A stretch of 64,000 bases of DNA from SAR324 cluster bacterium. GTDB lineage: Bacteria; SAR324; NAC60-12. The stretch covers positions 4,740 to 68,739 of the forward strand of contig JAKUUI010000006.1 of assembly GCA_022448485.1 (NCBI GenBank). The letters run 5' to 3'. This document shows positions 9,644-19,889 of the stretch, piece after piece (within the stretch, counting starts at the first letter, position 1; the number at the start of each line of letters is the position of its first letter). The notes under the pieces are model-generated. The model did no database searches. It was given only the letters and a program-made list of their open reading frames with translations, and was not told the origin of the DNA. The position numbers and the translations under genes were made by a program.

Positions 9644-11305
9644 ATGACTGTTGCTGAGGCTATTTTTAAGGCCATTAAGATCCGCAAAATCGATTACGTT
9701 TTTTGTGTTCCAGGTGAGAGCTTTCTCGCAACCATGGACTCATTCTACGGTTCGGTAAAACCTCTCTTGATTTCTGCACGTCATGAAGAAGGTGCAGGCA
9801 TCATGGCCGAAGCGTATGCCAAGGCTACATCTAAGACTGGTGTATGCATGGTCACACGTGGTCCAGGACTAACCCATTTGTCAATTGCTCTCCATACTGC
9901 AAAACAAGACTCTACACCTCTCGTTGTATTCGTAGGGCAAGTACCGACACAGATCCGTCATCGCGAAGCTTTTCAAGAATTAGATGTAGTGGAAGTAACA
10001 CGTCCTATGACCAAGTGGGCGGTGGAACTTAACCGGGCTGATCGCGTAACGGAGATAGTGGACAAGGCTTTCCACATTGCTAATTCAGGCCGACCTGGAC
10101 CAGTGGTCATTAGTCTCCCAGAGGATATTGATAGGAGTGCGTATGCTAAGCATTCTGCTTGGCGTGAGGCAACTGTGGGTGCACCATCTGCATCAACCAA
10201 AGGAGTTGAAATAGCTGCTGCTATGATTGAAGAGGCAGAACGTCCTTGTATTGTGGCTGGAGAAGGAGTATTACGCGTCAAAGCAACAGACAAGCTAGTC
10301 CACTTCGCAGAATGTCTTGAGGCACCAGTATTTACTGGGTGGAGGAGATTTGATACATTTCCCAACATGCATCCACTTTATATGGGTGGTCTTCATCTAT
10401 CATCCATTTCCAATGATCTGTCTGAACCACTGAAACGGGCAGACCTGATCATCGTCCTTGGTGCCCGACTTGACGAGTTCACTACGTTAGGTTATTCATC
10501 CCCGTCAATGGAGCAAAAGCTTATCCATATTGATGAATCGCCAGAAGATACAGGAGGAAGTTGGATTGGAGCTGATCTCGCCCTCGTAGCCGATGCAGGG
10601 GAGGCAATGGTCAAGATTGAAGAGGCTTTGAAACACTCAAAGCTCCCTAAATCATCAAAAGCGCGCCAAACCGAAATCGTTGTTTGGCATGAACATTTTA
10701 CAAGACGGACTACGCCTCGCAGTGGCAGAATTGGACTTAAGGACGGGACAATTGACCTTGAAGGTATATATCACGACATAGTGAACATTTTAGATGACGA
10801 GGCCAGTACGACTTGTGATGCTGGAGACTTTGGTGGCTGGCTAATACGTTATTATAAGTGGAACAGACCGCACACTTTTTTTGGACCAACAACAGGCGCC
10901 ATGGGGTATGCTTTACCAGCTGCTATTGCGGCCAAATTGGCAAGGCCTCAAGCACCAGCTATAGCCTTTGCTGGAGACGGCGGATTCGCAATGACCATGA
11001 GCGAACTTGAAACAGCTGTCAGAATGAATCTAGACGGTCTAGTAGTGCTTGTATTCAATAACAACAATTATGGTACAATAAGTAGACATCAAAATCGTGA
11101 ATTTCCTGGTCGGCCGGTGGGGACAGGCCTTGGTACAATAGACTTCTCAGCAATAGCAAAGGCCATGGGTGCTGAAGGCTTCAAGGTAAGCAAGAATGTG
11201 GAGTTCTCTGAAGCCTTCAATGCAGCACTAAATGTAGGCTGCCCGGCAGTTATCGATATTACTGTTGGAGGTAATAGCCTTGATCCATGGGATGACAATA
11301 ACTAG
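9644..11305 (+). CDS. Thiamine-diphosphate-dependent enzyme (acetolactate synthase large subunit / sulfoacetaldehyde acetyltransferase-like family)
   Basis: 553 aa. It has the canonical ThDP motif GDGGFAMTMSELETAVRMNLDGLVVLVFNNNNYG and an N-terminal Pyr domain (ARHEEGAGIMAEAYAK). The specific reaction cannot be called. Confidence 0.85.
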   Translation: MTVAEAIFKAIKIRKIDYVFCVPGESFLATMDSFYGSVKPLLISARHEEGAGIMAEAYAKATSKTGVCMVTRGPGLTHLSIALHTAKQDSTPLVVFVGQVPTQIRHREAFQELDVVEVTRPMTKWAVELNRADRVTEIVDKAFHIANSGRPGPVVISLPEDIDRSAYAKHSAWREATVGAPSASTKGVEIAAAMIEEAERPCIVAGEGVLRVKATDKLVHFAECLEAPVFTGWRRFDTFPNMHPLYMGGLHLSSISNDLSEPLKRADLIIVLGARLDEFTTLGYSSPSMEQKLIHIDESPEDTGGSWIGADLALVADAGEAMVKIEEALKHSKLPKSSKARQTEIVVWHEHFTRRTTPRSGRIGLKDGTIDLEGIYHDIVNILDDEASTTCDAGDFGGWLIRYYKWNRPHTFFGPTTGAMGYALPAAIAAKLARPQAPAIAFAGDGGFAMTMSELETAVRMNLDGLVVLVFNNNNYGTISRHQNREFPGRPVGTGLGTIDFSAIAKAMGAEGFKVSKNVEFSEAFNAALNVGCPAVIDITVGGNSLDPWDDNN

Positions 11306-11835
11306 ATACTTCTGTTTATTTACGGCAGGAATAATTAAAATTTTTAGCCGCATTTCATTAAATATAAAATCTAAATTAAAATGTAGGTACATCTTAAACA
11401 CAATGGTTGTTGTGAAGATGACAAAAAATAGTATACCAGATTAAAAAAATGGTCTGACAGAATGACTGAAAAGCAAGAGAAGTTTATTAGAAATATCTGG
11501 GTTTGAGACATAGATGAAAAAGCTGTTGTTTTAACCGCTGATTTTTGGATACTGAGGGTTTGAAAAAGGTAATGTCGGAGCCTAAAATGGTTAGGTGTGT
11601 TTAGAAGAAATTGGTATTGAACATACAATTTAAATGTTGCCACCAGCATCAGTGCAGTGGGTCGGAAAAGGTATGATTTTCTGTGCTATTAATTCATTCA
11701 ATCGCTTTGCAACTGCAATCAAAAAAACCGATTCACTTTTTCATGTTTTACTGATAGTCTTATCAAACATGAAGTGTATGTTGGAAGAAAAACGAAACGC
11801 TTTTTCCAAAAACCAGACAAAGAAAAAGGAGTACA

Positions 11836-12444
11836 ATGAAAATGCAATCTCAAGTTTTGAATTATCCCAGTTTGTTTGAAACTCTTGTTCTAGGGAAATC
11901 CGACAGTAATACTCAAAGAACCATCCGCTATGGTATTCTTGCGCTGGCTGGCTCTACTTTGATCGCTCTTTGCGCTCAAATAGCCGTCCCTTTCTTTCCG
12001 GTTCCCATAACTCTGCAAACGTTTGCGGTGTTTTTGATCGGCCTGACTTACGGCTGGCGTCTGGGTGGGATCACTGTCGCCCTCTATTTACTGGAGGGAG
12101 CTTTGGGATTGCCGGTATTTTCTGGTGGAAAAGGAGGAATGATAGTTTTTATGGGACCAACAGCAGGATACCTGGCTGGGTTTTTATTTGCAGCCACAGC
12201 CTGTGGCTGGTTCGCAGAACGTGGATTTGACAGAAGTTACTCCAAATTGTTTGCAGCCCTGCTGGTTGGCAATATCCTGCTTTATGCGCCTGGGCTGTTA
12301 TGGCTGGGCAACCTGATTGGTTGGGATAAGCCTGTTTTAGAATTAGGTCTTTACCCTTTTATTCTGGGAGACTTGTTGAAAATCGCTCTGGCGGTGCTCC
12401 TTCTTCCCACTACCTGGAAATATGTTAATCGGCTGAAACAATAA
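11836..12444 (+). CDS. bioY: Biotin transporter S-component BioY
   Basis: 202 aa with about 6 TM segments. QIAVPFFPVPITLQTFAVFLIGLTYGWRLGG is typical of BioY. AAGGAG lies 4 nt upstream of the ATG. Confidence 0.88.
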   Translation: MKMQSQVLNYPSLFETLVLGKSDSNTQRTIRYGILALAGSTLIALCAQIAVPFFPVPITLQTFAVFLIGLTYGWRLGGITVALYLLEGALGLPVFSGGKGGMIVFMGPTAGYLAGFLFAATACGWFAERGFDRSYSKLFAALLVGNILLYAPGLLWLGNLIGWDKPVLELGLYPFILGDLLKIALAVLLLPTTWKYVNRLKQ

Positions 12445-12701
12445 ATTATTGGGCTTGTACCGGTTCATAGAGTCTCAATACTTTTTCGGTGAGCCACGGT
12501 CGGCTCCTCACTTCTATCATTCTTTATGCGGTTCCCATTGCGCATAAACTGGGGAATGTTGATGAAAATCCCCCACGTTTTTATTTGGAATCCAGAGCTA
12601 TGGAGAACCGGTTTTGAATTCTTCTGAAACGGCATGAAGATCATTTCTTCCATCCTTTGTCATGAAAGAGATGGATTTTGCTTAGCTGAATATAGCAAAG
12701 C

Positions 12702-15700
12702 ATGAGTTCCTCCACACACAAAAAAACTGAACTTCCGGAAATTCTGCGCAAAACCATGGTCCTTGCAGAGAATTTGCAAAACCGTGCCAATGCCTTGCGC
12801 ACCAAAGAGGAACTGGCGCAGCAGCAAATGATGCGGCATTTGCTCAATCATCCATCCGATAAAACGGTGCTGATGCACTTGGTGGATCAGAGTTTTCGTT
12901 CTGAAAATCCGCATCGGGTGATTGATCAATTTCGATATTTGCTGGAGCATCACGGCATTCCCCATTTTTTCACGCAAACCGAACAGTGGCTGCTAAAGAT
13001 TTTTTTGAAGCTCGGAAACATGGTTCCGCAATTTTCACATTCGCAAATTTGGCGAAAAATCCGCGAAGACACTCGCCGCACCATTCTTCCTGAAGAGGCG
13101 GCATTTCTGCAAGCGCATTTAAAGAAACGGCAAGCCGAAGGCGTGCAAGTCAATCTCAATCATTTGGGCGAGGCTGTACTAGGTGATGGTGAGGCAAAAA
13201 ACCGTTTGAAGCATTACGGAGGCTCGCTTCGTAATCCTGACATCCACACCATTTCCATTAAAATTTCCAACATTGTCGCGCAACTTCATCCGCTCGGTTT
13301 TGACAGCGAGCTTAGCCTGATTTGCGAGCGGCTTTCTGAACTGTACAGGACTGCACTTGATAATCCAGTCTTGCACAGTGACGGCAAACGACGCGCAAAA
13401 TTTGTCAATCTGGATATGGAAGCCTACCACGATTTGGATTTGACGATGTCTGCTTTCATGCGCACCCTCGATCAACCGGAATTCAAAGATTTAGAGGCCG
13501 GAATTGTTTTGCAGGCCTACCTTCCGGATTCATTTTTGCGCCAACAGGAACTCGTCGAATGGGCTAAAAAACGGATTAAAAAAGGCGGTAGTCCAGTCAA
13601 AATGCGCTTGGTAAAAGGGGCAAATTTGGCGATGGAAGCTCTAGAAGCTGAAATTCAGAGTTGGCCTTTGGTGGTTTATGATTCCAAAATTGAAACGGAT
13701 GCGAATTTCAAGCGAATGCTAGAATTCGGGCTTCGGCCAGAAAACATTGCAGCGCTACATTTTGGCTTGGCTTCTCACAACTTGTTCGACTTGGCTTATA
13801 CCCTGGTTCTAGCTGAAGAAAACGACATTTCCAAAGGTTTGGTTTTTGAGATGCTTGAGGGTATGGCCGATCACATGCGGCGAGCCCTGCAAGAAAAATT
13901 TCAAATACGACACGAACTTGAAATAACCGACATTGTCGAAAATAAAGCTGAAAATCCCATTCCGGAAAATCAACCACCAACCACCAACCACCAACCATCG
14001 GTTCAAAACTCAAAACTATTACTTTATACTCCTGTTACCAGCAAAAGCCATTTTATCAGCGCAATCGCATATTTAATTCGGAGGCTCGATGAAAACACCA
14101 ATCCTGATAATTTTTTGCGCCACTCTTTTGACATCAGTGTAGGTTCAGACGAATGGCTGTTTTTGGAAAAGCAATTTCTCGATGCGTGGCAGATGAAAGA
14201 GGCTGTTTCTTCCGAACCTCGTCGACAACAAAATCGCGCTAAAGAAATATTTTCGGAAAACCTAGGAACCTTAGCCGAATCGATTTTCCGGAACGAACCA
14301 GACACGGATTGGGTGCTTCCGGAAAACCGGAAATGGGCGGAGGAAATTCGTAATAAATGGCAGCCGACTGAGAAGACAAAAACTAAAAATATTCCACTCT
14401 TCATCGGCAATACTGAGATAAAAACCAAACGCAAACAAAAGGAATTCATCGATCCCTCACAACCTAAAATGTCTAAGGTTTTTTCTGTTGCGCTGGCGAC
14501 TAAAACGGATGTCAACAAAGCGGTGAAAATCGCCAAGGATGATCCGGCACAATGGCGCGAAACTACTTTGGCCGAACGTCACAAAATACTCGGGAAAGTA
14601 GCTCAGAATTTACGGAAAAAACGCGGCGATTTGATTGGGATTTCGGCCGCAGTTTGCGGAAAAACTTTTTATGAAACTGATCCAGAAATTTCAGAAGCTA
14701 TTGATTTTGTTGAATATTATCCGTATTCATTGAGTCTGCTAAAAAATCAAACGTCACTCAAACTGTTTCCGCTGGGCGTGGTTTTGGTGATTCCGCCGTG
14801 GAATTTCCCAGTTGCGATTCCTACTGGAGGAGTTGCTGCTGGCTTGGCTTCCGGAAACACGGTTTTGTTCAAACCCTCACCGTTGGCCTTTCCGTTGGGA
14901 GCCGAGATTGCGCAGTGTTTTTGGGATGCCGGAATTCCACATGAAGCCTTACAACTCGTGACCTGCGAGGACGGAGAACCGATCCAAACACTATCTGGAC
15001 ATCCGGATGTGAATGCAATCATTTTCACCGGAGGCACCAAAACAGCGCTAAGCTTGCTGGAAAAACGCCCGGATGCAGAATTGTCTGCTGAAACCGGCGG
15101 AAAAAATGCAACCATCGTTACCGCCATGGCCGACCGTGACCAAACTGTCGAGCACGTTTTACACTCTGCATTCAGTCATAGTGGTCAAAAATGTTCTGCG
15201 ACTTCACTGCTGGTTTTGGAAAAAGAAGTTTTTGAAGATGTAACCTTTCGCAAGCAATTGCTAGATGCGATTCAAACTTTAAAAGTTGGCTCGGTTTGGG
15301 ATTTTGCCAACAAAATGGGTCCGCTGATCCGGGAGCCACTTGAGGATTTGCAAACAGGTTTGAAAACTTTAGATGTTGGGGAAAGCTGGGCTTTGCCGCC
15401 AAAATGTGACAAAAACAATCCAAAACTCTGGCATCCATCCGTTAAATGGGGCGTTCGGCGTGGAAGTTTTTCGCATCAAACTGAATTTTTTGGACCGTTG
15501 CTTTCGGTGATGAAAGCAGATTCGTTGGAAGATGCTATAGAAATCGTTAATGGAACCGATTATGGTTTAACTTCCGGACTCGAAAGTCTCGATCCCCGAG
15601 AACAAAAAATATGGTCGGAAAAAATTGAAGCAGGCAACCTTTATATCAACCGTGTTACTACAGGTGCAATTGTACTACGTCAACCCTTTGGGGGGATGGG

Positions 15701-16472
15701 GCTTTCTGCCATCGGTGCAGGGATCAAAGCTGGAAGCCCGAATTATGCAGTGCAGTTTTGCCGGATTGAGGAAGGCAATAAACCAACGCAAGGCTTGTTG
15801 CGGGAAGAATCTCCATTGCATTTACTTGCCAGAAACTGGCAAACTGATTTGATGTCGAATACGTCACGGATTATGAATTACTACACGAATTCAGGCGGCA
15901 GTACAAAAAAGGAAATCGCAGAAATACGGCATGAATTACAAAAAACGATTCAGGCGATTTACAGCTGTCTTTATCAATATGAGCGTGAGTTTTCTGGAGA
16001 GCAAGATTTTTTTCGTCTGCGTGGGCAGGATAATTTGTTACGCTATCTTCCCATAGGCAAAGTCACTGTACGTTTGCATCCGGATGATGGGCTGTTTGAT
16101 TCACTGATCCGGATTGCAGCTGCGCTGATTGCAAAATGTGAAGTTGAAGTGAGTTTACCATCGGATTTGAAAAATTTAGCCAGCGAATTTCTTGCCGGTC
16201 CTGAAGGAAAACGTTTGTGTGGTTCGGTGAATTTCTGTACCGAAAGCGACAAAGAACTTTCAGGACGACTTACCGAAATCGACCGTGTGCGCTACGCCCA
16301 CCCAGATCGAGTTCCACAAAAAATTCATCAAGCTGCTGCCAAACTGGGCAGACACATTTCCCGCCATGTTCCTCTGACTGAAGGCCGCATCGAAATGCTA
16401 CGTTATTTACGCGAGCAAAGTTTGTCCGTCGATTATCACCGCTACGGAAACTTAGGGGAACGTGAGGTATAA
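12702..16472 (+). CDS. putA: Bifunctional proline dehydrogenase / 1-pyrroline-5-carboxylate dehydrogenase (long PutA-like)
   Basis: 1256 aa. The N-terminal half is PRODH-like. The ALDH half has ETGGKNA and the catalytic Cys context FSHSGQKCSATS, followed by an extra C-terminal domain of about 230 aa. Confidence 0.88.
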   Translation: MSSSTHKKTELPEILRKTMVLAENLQNRANALRTKEELAQQQMMRHLLNHPSDKTVLMHLVDQSFRSENPHRVIDQFRYLLEHHGIPHFFTQTEQWLLKIFLKLGNMVPQFSHSQIWRKIREDTRRTILPEEAAFLQAHLKKRQAEGVQVNLNHLGEAVLGDGEAKNRLKHYGGSLRNPDIHTISIKISNIVAQLHPLGFDSELSLICERLSELYRTALDNPVLHSDGKRRAKFVNLDMEAYHDLDLTMSAFMRTLDQPEFKDLEAGIVLQAYLPDSFLRQQELVEWAKKRIKKGGSPVKMRLVKGANLAMEALEAEIQSWPLVVYDSKIETDANFKRMLEFGLRPENIAALHFGLASHNLFDLAYTLVLAEENDISKGLVFEMLEGMADHMRRALQEKFQIRHELEITDIVENKAENPIPENQPPTTNHQPSVQNSKLLLYTPVTSKSHFISAIAYLIRRLDENTNPDNFLRHSFDISVGSDEWLFLEKQFLDAWQMKEAVSSEPRRQQNRAKEIFSENLGTLAESIFRNEPDTDWVLPENRKWAEEIRNKWQPTEKTKTKNIPLFIGNTEIKTKRKQKEFIDPSQPKMSKVFSVALATKTDVNKAVKIAKDDPAQWRETTLAERHKILGKVAQNLRKKRGDLIGISAAVCGKTFYETDPEISEAIDFVEYYPYSLSLLKNQTSLKLFPLGVVLVIPPWNFPVAIPTGGVAAGLASGNTVLFKPSPLAFPLGAEIAQCFWDAGIPHEALQLVTCEDGEPIQTLSGHPDVNAIIFTGGTKTALSLLEKRPDAELSAETGGKNATIVTAMADRDQTVEHVLHSAFSHSGQKCSATSLLVLEKEVFEDVTFRKQLLDAIQTLKVGSVWDFANKMGPLIREPLEDLQTGLKTLDVGESWALPPKCDKNNPKLWHPSVKWGVRRGSFSHQTEFFGPLLSVMKADSLEDAIEIVNGTDYGLTSGLESLDPREQKIWSEKIEAGNLYINRVTTGAIVLRQPFGGMGLSAIGAGIKAGSPNYAVQFCRIEEGNKPTQGLLREESPLHLLARNWQTDLMSNTSRIMNYYTNSGGSTKKEIAEIRHELQKTIQAIYSCLYQYEREFSGEQDFFRLRGQDNLLRYLPIGKVTVRLHPDDGLFDSLIRIAAALIAKCEVEVSLPSDLKNLASEFLAGPEGKRLCGSVNFCTESDKELSGRLTEIDRVRYAHPDRVPQKIHQAAAKLGRHISRHVPLTEGRIEMLRYLREQSLSVDYHRYGNLGEREV
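13971..13997 (+). repeat. Heptanucleotide tandem repeat (CAACCAC) x3.9 inside putA
   Basis: Read directly as caaccac caaccac caaccac caacca. It encodes QPPTTNHQP in the linker between the PRODH and ALDH modules. Confidence 0.9.
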
Positions 16473-16588
16473 GTTCCTACTCAGTTTTTTTGCACAAATG
16501 CTAAAGTGTGTGGACTTTTTCATCTTCTAACATTATTATTTTCTGAAAAAAGATAGTCGAAACTACTACTTCATCGAATCTTTCGCTT

Positions 16589-17797
16589 ATGCCTCTTTCC
16601 CCTCCTGAAACACAGCAATTAGATGCCATCCTGCCGACTGAACCTCTGTTGCTGATGGGGGCAGGACCGGTGCCTATTTCACATGCGGTTTCACGCGCAA
16701 ATGGGGTTGTTATCAATCATTTGGGTGAAACCATGGATGCTGTTATAAGCAATGTAAAGCTCATGGGGCGTTATGCTTTTCAGACAGTTTCGGATAAAAT
16801 TATTGGAGTTTCCGGACCGGCTTCTGCGGCTATGGAAATGGGCATCACCAACATTCTTTGGCCCGGCAGAAGTGTTTTAGCTTTATCTATGGGAACCTTT
16901 AGTGGACGAATGGCAGAAATGGCTGAAGGTGTGGGGGCAGATGTGACCGTACTCGAATCATCTGGAATTGCACCGGTTCGTCTGGAACAAGTACGGGAAG
17001 CACTGGCTAAAGAACATTTTGACGTGGTAACATTGGTTCAGGGTGAAACTTCCTGCGGTGTGAAAATGAAATGTCTGCCTGAAGTCGCGCAACTGGCTAA
17101 AGAGCATGGTGCATTGTTGGTTGTGGATGCGGTTTGTACATTAACCACCATGCCCATGCAAATGGACGAATGGGGAGTTGATATTGCCATTGCTGGTGGT
17201 CAGAAAGGCTTGTCTTCAATTCCTGGAGTTTCCCTAATTGCGTTTTCTGATGATGCCTGGCAGACAATTGAGTCCAGGAAAGCACGCCAACCACATTGGT
17301 GTCTTGATGCAGTGCGGGCACAAACATTTTGGGGATCGCAACAGTACCACTACACTGCTCCTGTTCCCGGGATTTTGGCTTTGCATGAAGCACTGAGGCA
17401 AATTTGTGAGGAGACTCTGCCTTTGCGCTTTGAACGTCACAGAATCAGTTCTATAGCTTTACAGGCAGGAATTGAGGCTATGGGATTAAGACTGTTTGTT
17501 CCGATAAAAGACCGTCTTAATTCCGTAGTAGCAATCTGTACTCCAAAAGATACTAGCAGCGCTCAAGTCCGTAAAATCATGTCCAACCGTTTCAATGTTG
17601 AAATTTCCGGAGCTTTCGGCTTAGACATAATGCGCATCGGGCAAATGGGAGAGCAATGTCGCTCCCACAATCTTTTCAAAGTTCTTTATGCACTTGGCAT
17701 GAGCTGCCGCCAAAAAGGTGTTGATCTGGACGTGAGTCTGGGGATGGCTGAGTTGGAGAGCAACCTGGTGATTGATCCTGAGTATTTAGTGGATTGA
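16589..17797 (+). CDS. Class V aminotransferase (serine-pyruvate / alanine-glyoxylate aminotransferase family)
   Basis: 402 aa. It has the PLP fold-type I class V pattern, including AGGQKGLSSIPGVS (PLP lysine context). Confidence 0.85.
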   Translation: MPLSPPETQQLDAILPTEPLLLMGAGPVPISHAVSRANGVVINHLGETMDAVISNVKLMGRYAFQTVSDKIIGVSGPASAAMEMGITNILWPGRSVLALSMGTFSGRMAEMAEGVGADVTVLESSGIAPVRLEQVREALAKEHFDVVTLVQGETSCGVKMKCLPEVAQLAKEHGALLVVDAVCTLTTMPMQMDEWGVDIAIAGGQKGLSSIPGVSLIAFSDDAWQTIESRKARQPHWCLDAVRAQTFWGSQQYHYTAPVPGILALHEALRQICEETLPLRFERHRISSIALQAGIEAMGLRLFVPIKDRLNSVVAICTPKDTSSAQVRKIMSNRFNVEISGAFGLDIMRIGQMGEQCRSHNLFKVLYALGMSCRQKGVDLDVSLGMAELESNLVIDPEYLVD

Positions 17798-18927
17798 AAA
17801 TGAGTCCTTCCTCTCTCACCCGCCTTCTCCAGGAAAAAGCGAGCGAACTTGGTTTTGACCTCGTTGGTGTAATTCCGGTTTCACGCAGCAAAACCATCGA
17901 CATTTACAATGCGTGGCTAAAAAAAGGTTATGCCGGTTCGATGGAGTATTTGGAGAATCATGCCGAATTGAAAGAAGATCCACGCAATTTGTTTCCGGAA
18001 ACAATTTCATTGCTTGCGCTTGGCTTTAACTATTCTACTGCTGACCCCCCTGCAAAAATTAAAAATCCTGATGTTGGCTGTATCAGCCGTTACTCATGGG
18101 GTGATGATTATCACGATCTGATCCGCAGCAAGCTAAGTGCATTGGAAAACTATCTTTGCCAAGAATTAAAAGCAGGGAATTTCTCTCGTAGTTTCGTTGA
18201 TTCCGGACCAGTTTTAGAGCGTGAAGTAGCACATCGTGCAGGTCTGGGCTGGATTGGTAAACATTCCAATTTGATTAACTGGGAAAAAGGCTCGTGGTTT
18301 TTTCTTGCAGAACTGCTGGTTGACGTTCCACTGGAAGCAAATATTCCCTTCACTCACGTGAATTGCGGAACCTGTACCAGTTGCATTGAAGCCTGTCCCA
18401 CCGAGGCTATTATTGCAGACCGTACAGTGGATGCACGGCGCTGTATTTCCTACTTGACGATCGAACTCAAAGGAGCAATTCCGGTGAAACTGCGACCAAA
18501 AATGGGCAATCTCATTTTTGGATGTGACATTTGCCAGCAAGTCTGCCCTTGGAATCGGGATGCACCAAAATCTCTGGAACCTGGTCTTCAGCCTCGTCCG
18601 GAAAACGTTGCTCCGCAACTGATTGAATTGATGCAGTTGGACCATGCAGCCTTCAGTGAGCGTTTCAGTAAAAGTCCAATTAAGCGGACAAAGCGTAGAG
18701 GTTTTTTACGAAACGTGGCAGTAGCTTTAGGAAACTGGGCAAATGCGGAGGCAATTCCAGCCCTAAGTTTAGGTCTTTGTGATTCCGAACCTTTGGTACG
18801 TAGTCATTCAGCATGGGCCCTCGGTCGTATTGCGGATTTGCAAGCGAAAACTAAGCTGGAAGAAGCAAAATTAACTGAAAAAAACCAGGAAGTTTTGCAG
18901 GAAATTGAAACAGCTCTTGGTGCTTAA
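17794..18927 (+). CDS. queG: tRNA epoxyqueuosine(34) reductase
   Basis: 377 aa. Two ferredoxin-type clusters are present (CGTCTSCIEACP and CDICQQVCPWN), with a C-terminal HEAT-like repeat. The start overlaps the previous stop by 4 nt. Confidence 0.9.
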   Translation: MKMSPSSLTRLLQEKASELGFDLVGVIPVSRSKTIDIYNAWLKKGYAGSMEYLENHAELKEDPRNLFPETISLLALGFNYSTADPPAKIKNPDVGCISRYSWGDDYHDLIRSKLSALENYLCQELKAGNFSRSFVDSGPVLEREVAHRAGLGWIGKHSNLINWEKGSWFFLAELLVDVPLEANIPFTHVNCGTCTSCIEACPTEAIIADRTVDARRCISYLTIELKGAIPVKLRPKMGNLIFGCDICQQVCPWNRDAPKSLEPGLQPRPENVAPQLIELMQLDHAAFSERFSKSPIKRTKRRGFLRNVAVALGNWANAEAIPALSLGLCDSEPLVRSHSAWALGRIADLQAKTKLEEAKLTEKNQEVLQEIETALGA

Positions 18928-19042
18928 TCTTTTGAAAAATCAGCAGAAGTAGGCATTTATACGTATTGTACTTATTAAGTGATTATGTGAGAAAGGTAAT
19001 AAGTTGTTTATTACGCAAACAAACTGTTCAAGAAGACTCATC

Positions 19043-19783
19043 ATGAAGCACGTCCTAGGTCTGGCTTTCCTTTTTTTTGGATTTTCGTTTTCCGCATTTG
19101 CTGAAGCTTCAGTTGAAGAACTGTTGGATCAAATGGATCGGCTTTACCGCAGTGACTCAAGTCATGCCACAATTGAAATGCAAATCGTTACCGAAAATTG
19201 GGAGCGTACGACAATTATGGAAGTATGGTCCCGTGGAATGGATGACACGCTCATCAAAATTCTCTCTCCACGTAAAGACAAGGGTATAAAGACGCTAAAA
19301 CGCGGCAACCAGATGTGGAACTACTTTCCTAAAATAAACAAGGTCCTCAAAGTACCTCCTTCGATGATGATGAATTCGTGGATGGGATCAGATTTCACAA
19401 ACGATGATTTAGTCAAAGAAAACACACTTGCTGATGATTATCACTCCAAACTGGAACCACACCCTTCAGCTCCGGAACAATTTTATTTTATCGCACTTAC
19501 TCCAAAAGAGAATACTGTTACAGTTTGGGGAAAACTCTCTATCAGTATTCGTCGTGATGATTTAATGCCTGTGGAACAGGTGTATTATGACGATCGTGAA
19601 GAAAAAAAACGAGTAATGGAATTTCGGGGCGTTAAGGAAATGGGAGGTAAACGGATTCCAACTGTAATGGAAATGGGGACTTTAAACAAAAAAAGTAAAA
19701 CCTTAGTTCGTTATAAATCTATTGATTTTAACCCTAATTTTAGTGAAAACTTATTTTCATTCAATCGTTTGCGCCGTAAATGA
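19043..19783 (+). CDS. Periplasmic LolA-like outer-membrane lipoprotein-sorting protein
   Basis: The signal peptide MKHVLGLAFLFFGFSFSAFA begins at ATG 19043 (the ORF track starts at TTG 19004). The body resembles the LolA_like family that is usually encoded next to FtsX-type ABC permeases. Confidence 0.75.
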   Translation: MKHVLGLAFLFFGFSFSAFAEASVEELLDQMDRLYRSDSSHATIEMQIVTENWERTTIMEVWSRGMDDTLIKILSPRKDKGIKTLKRGNQMWNYFPKINKVLKVPPSMMMNSWMGSDFTNDDLVKENTLADDYHSKLEPHPSAPEQFYFIALTPKENTVTVWGKLSISIRRDDLMPVEQVYYDDREEKKRVMEFRGVKEMGGKRIPTVMEMGTLNKKSKTLVRYKSIDFNPNFSENLFSFNRLRRK

Positions 19784-19889
19784 TTCTGTAAATTTTTTCC
19801 CAAAATACAGAAAAATACACTAAGGCGCATAGGAGCAACTGTCATCATCCATGAAAATATGTAACTAAAATAATTTCAGAAATGCTCGT

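Noticed and set aside
9973-10368. Long antisense or out-of-frame ORFs inside strong genes: 9973-10368, 14024-14536, 34275-34670, 43814-44293, 44130-44636, 45886-46359, 5028-5483 and 45146-45511.
   Set aside because: These are shadow ORFs within relatively GC-richer coding regions. Each is fully nested in a gene with clear family motifs, and they have low-complexity Ser/Arg/Pro-rich translations.
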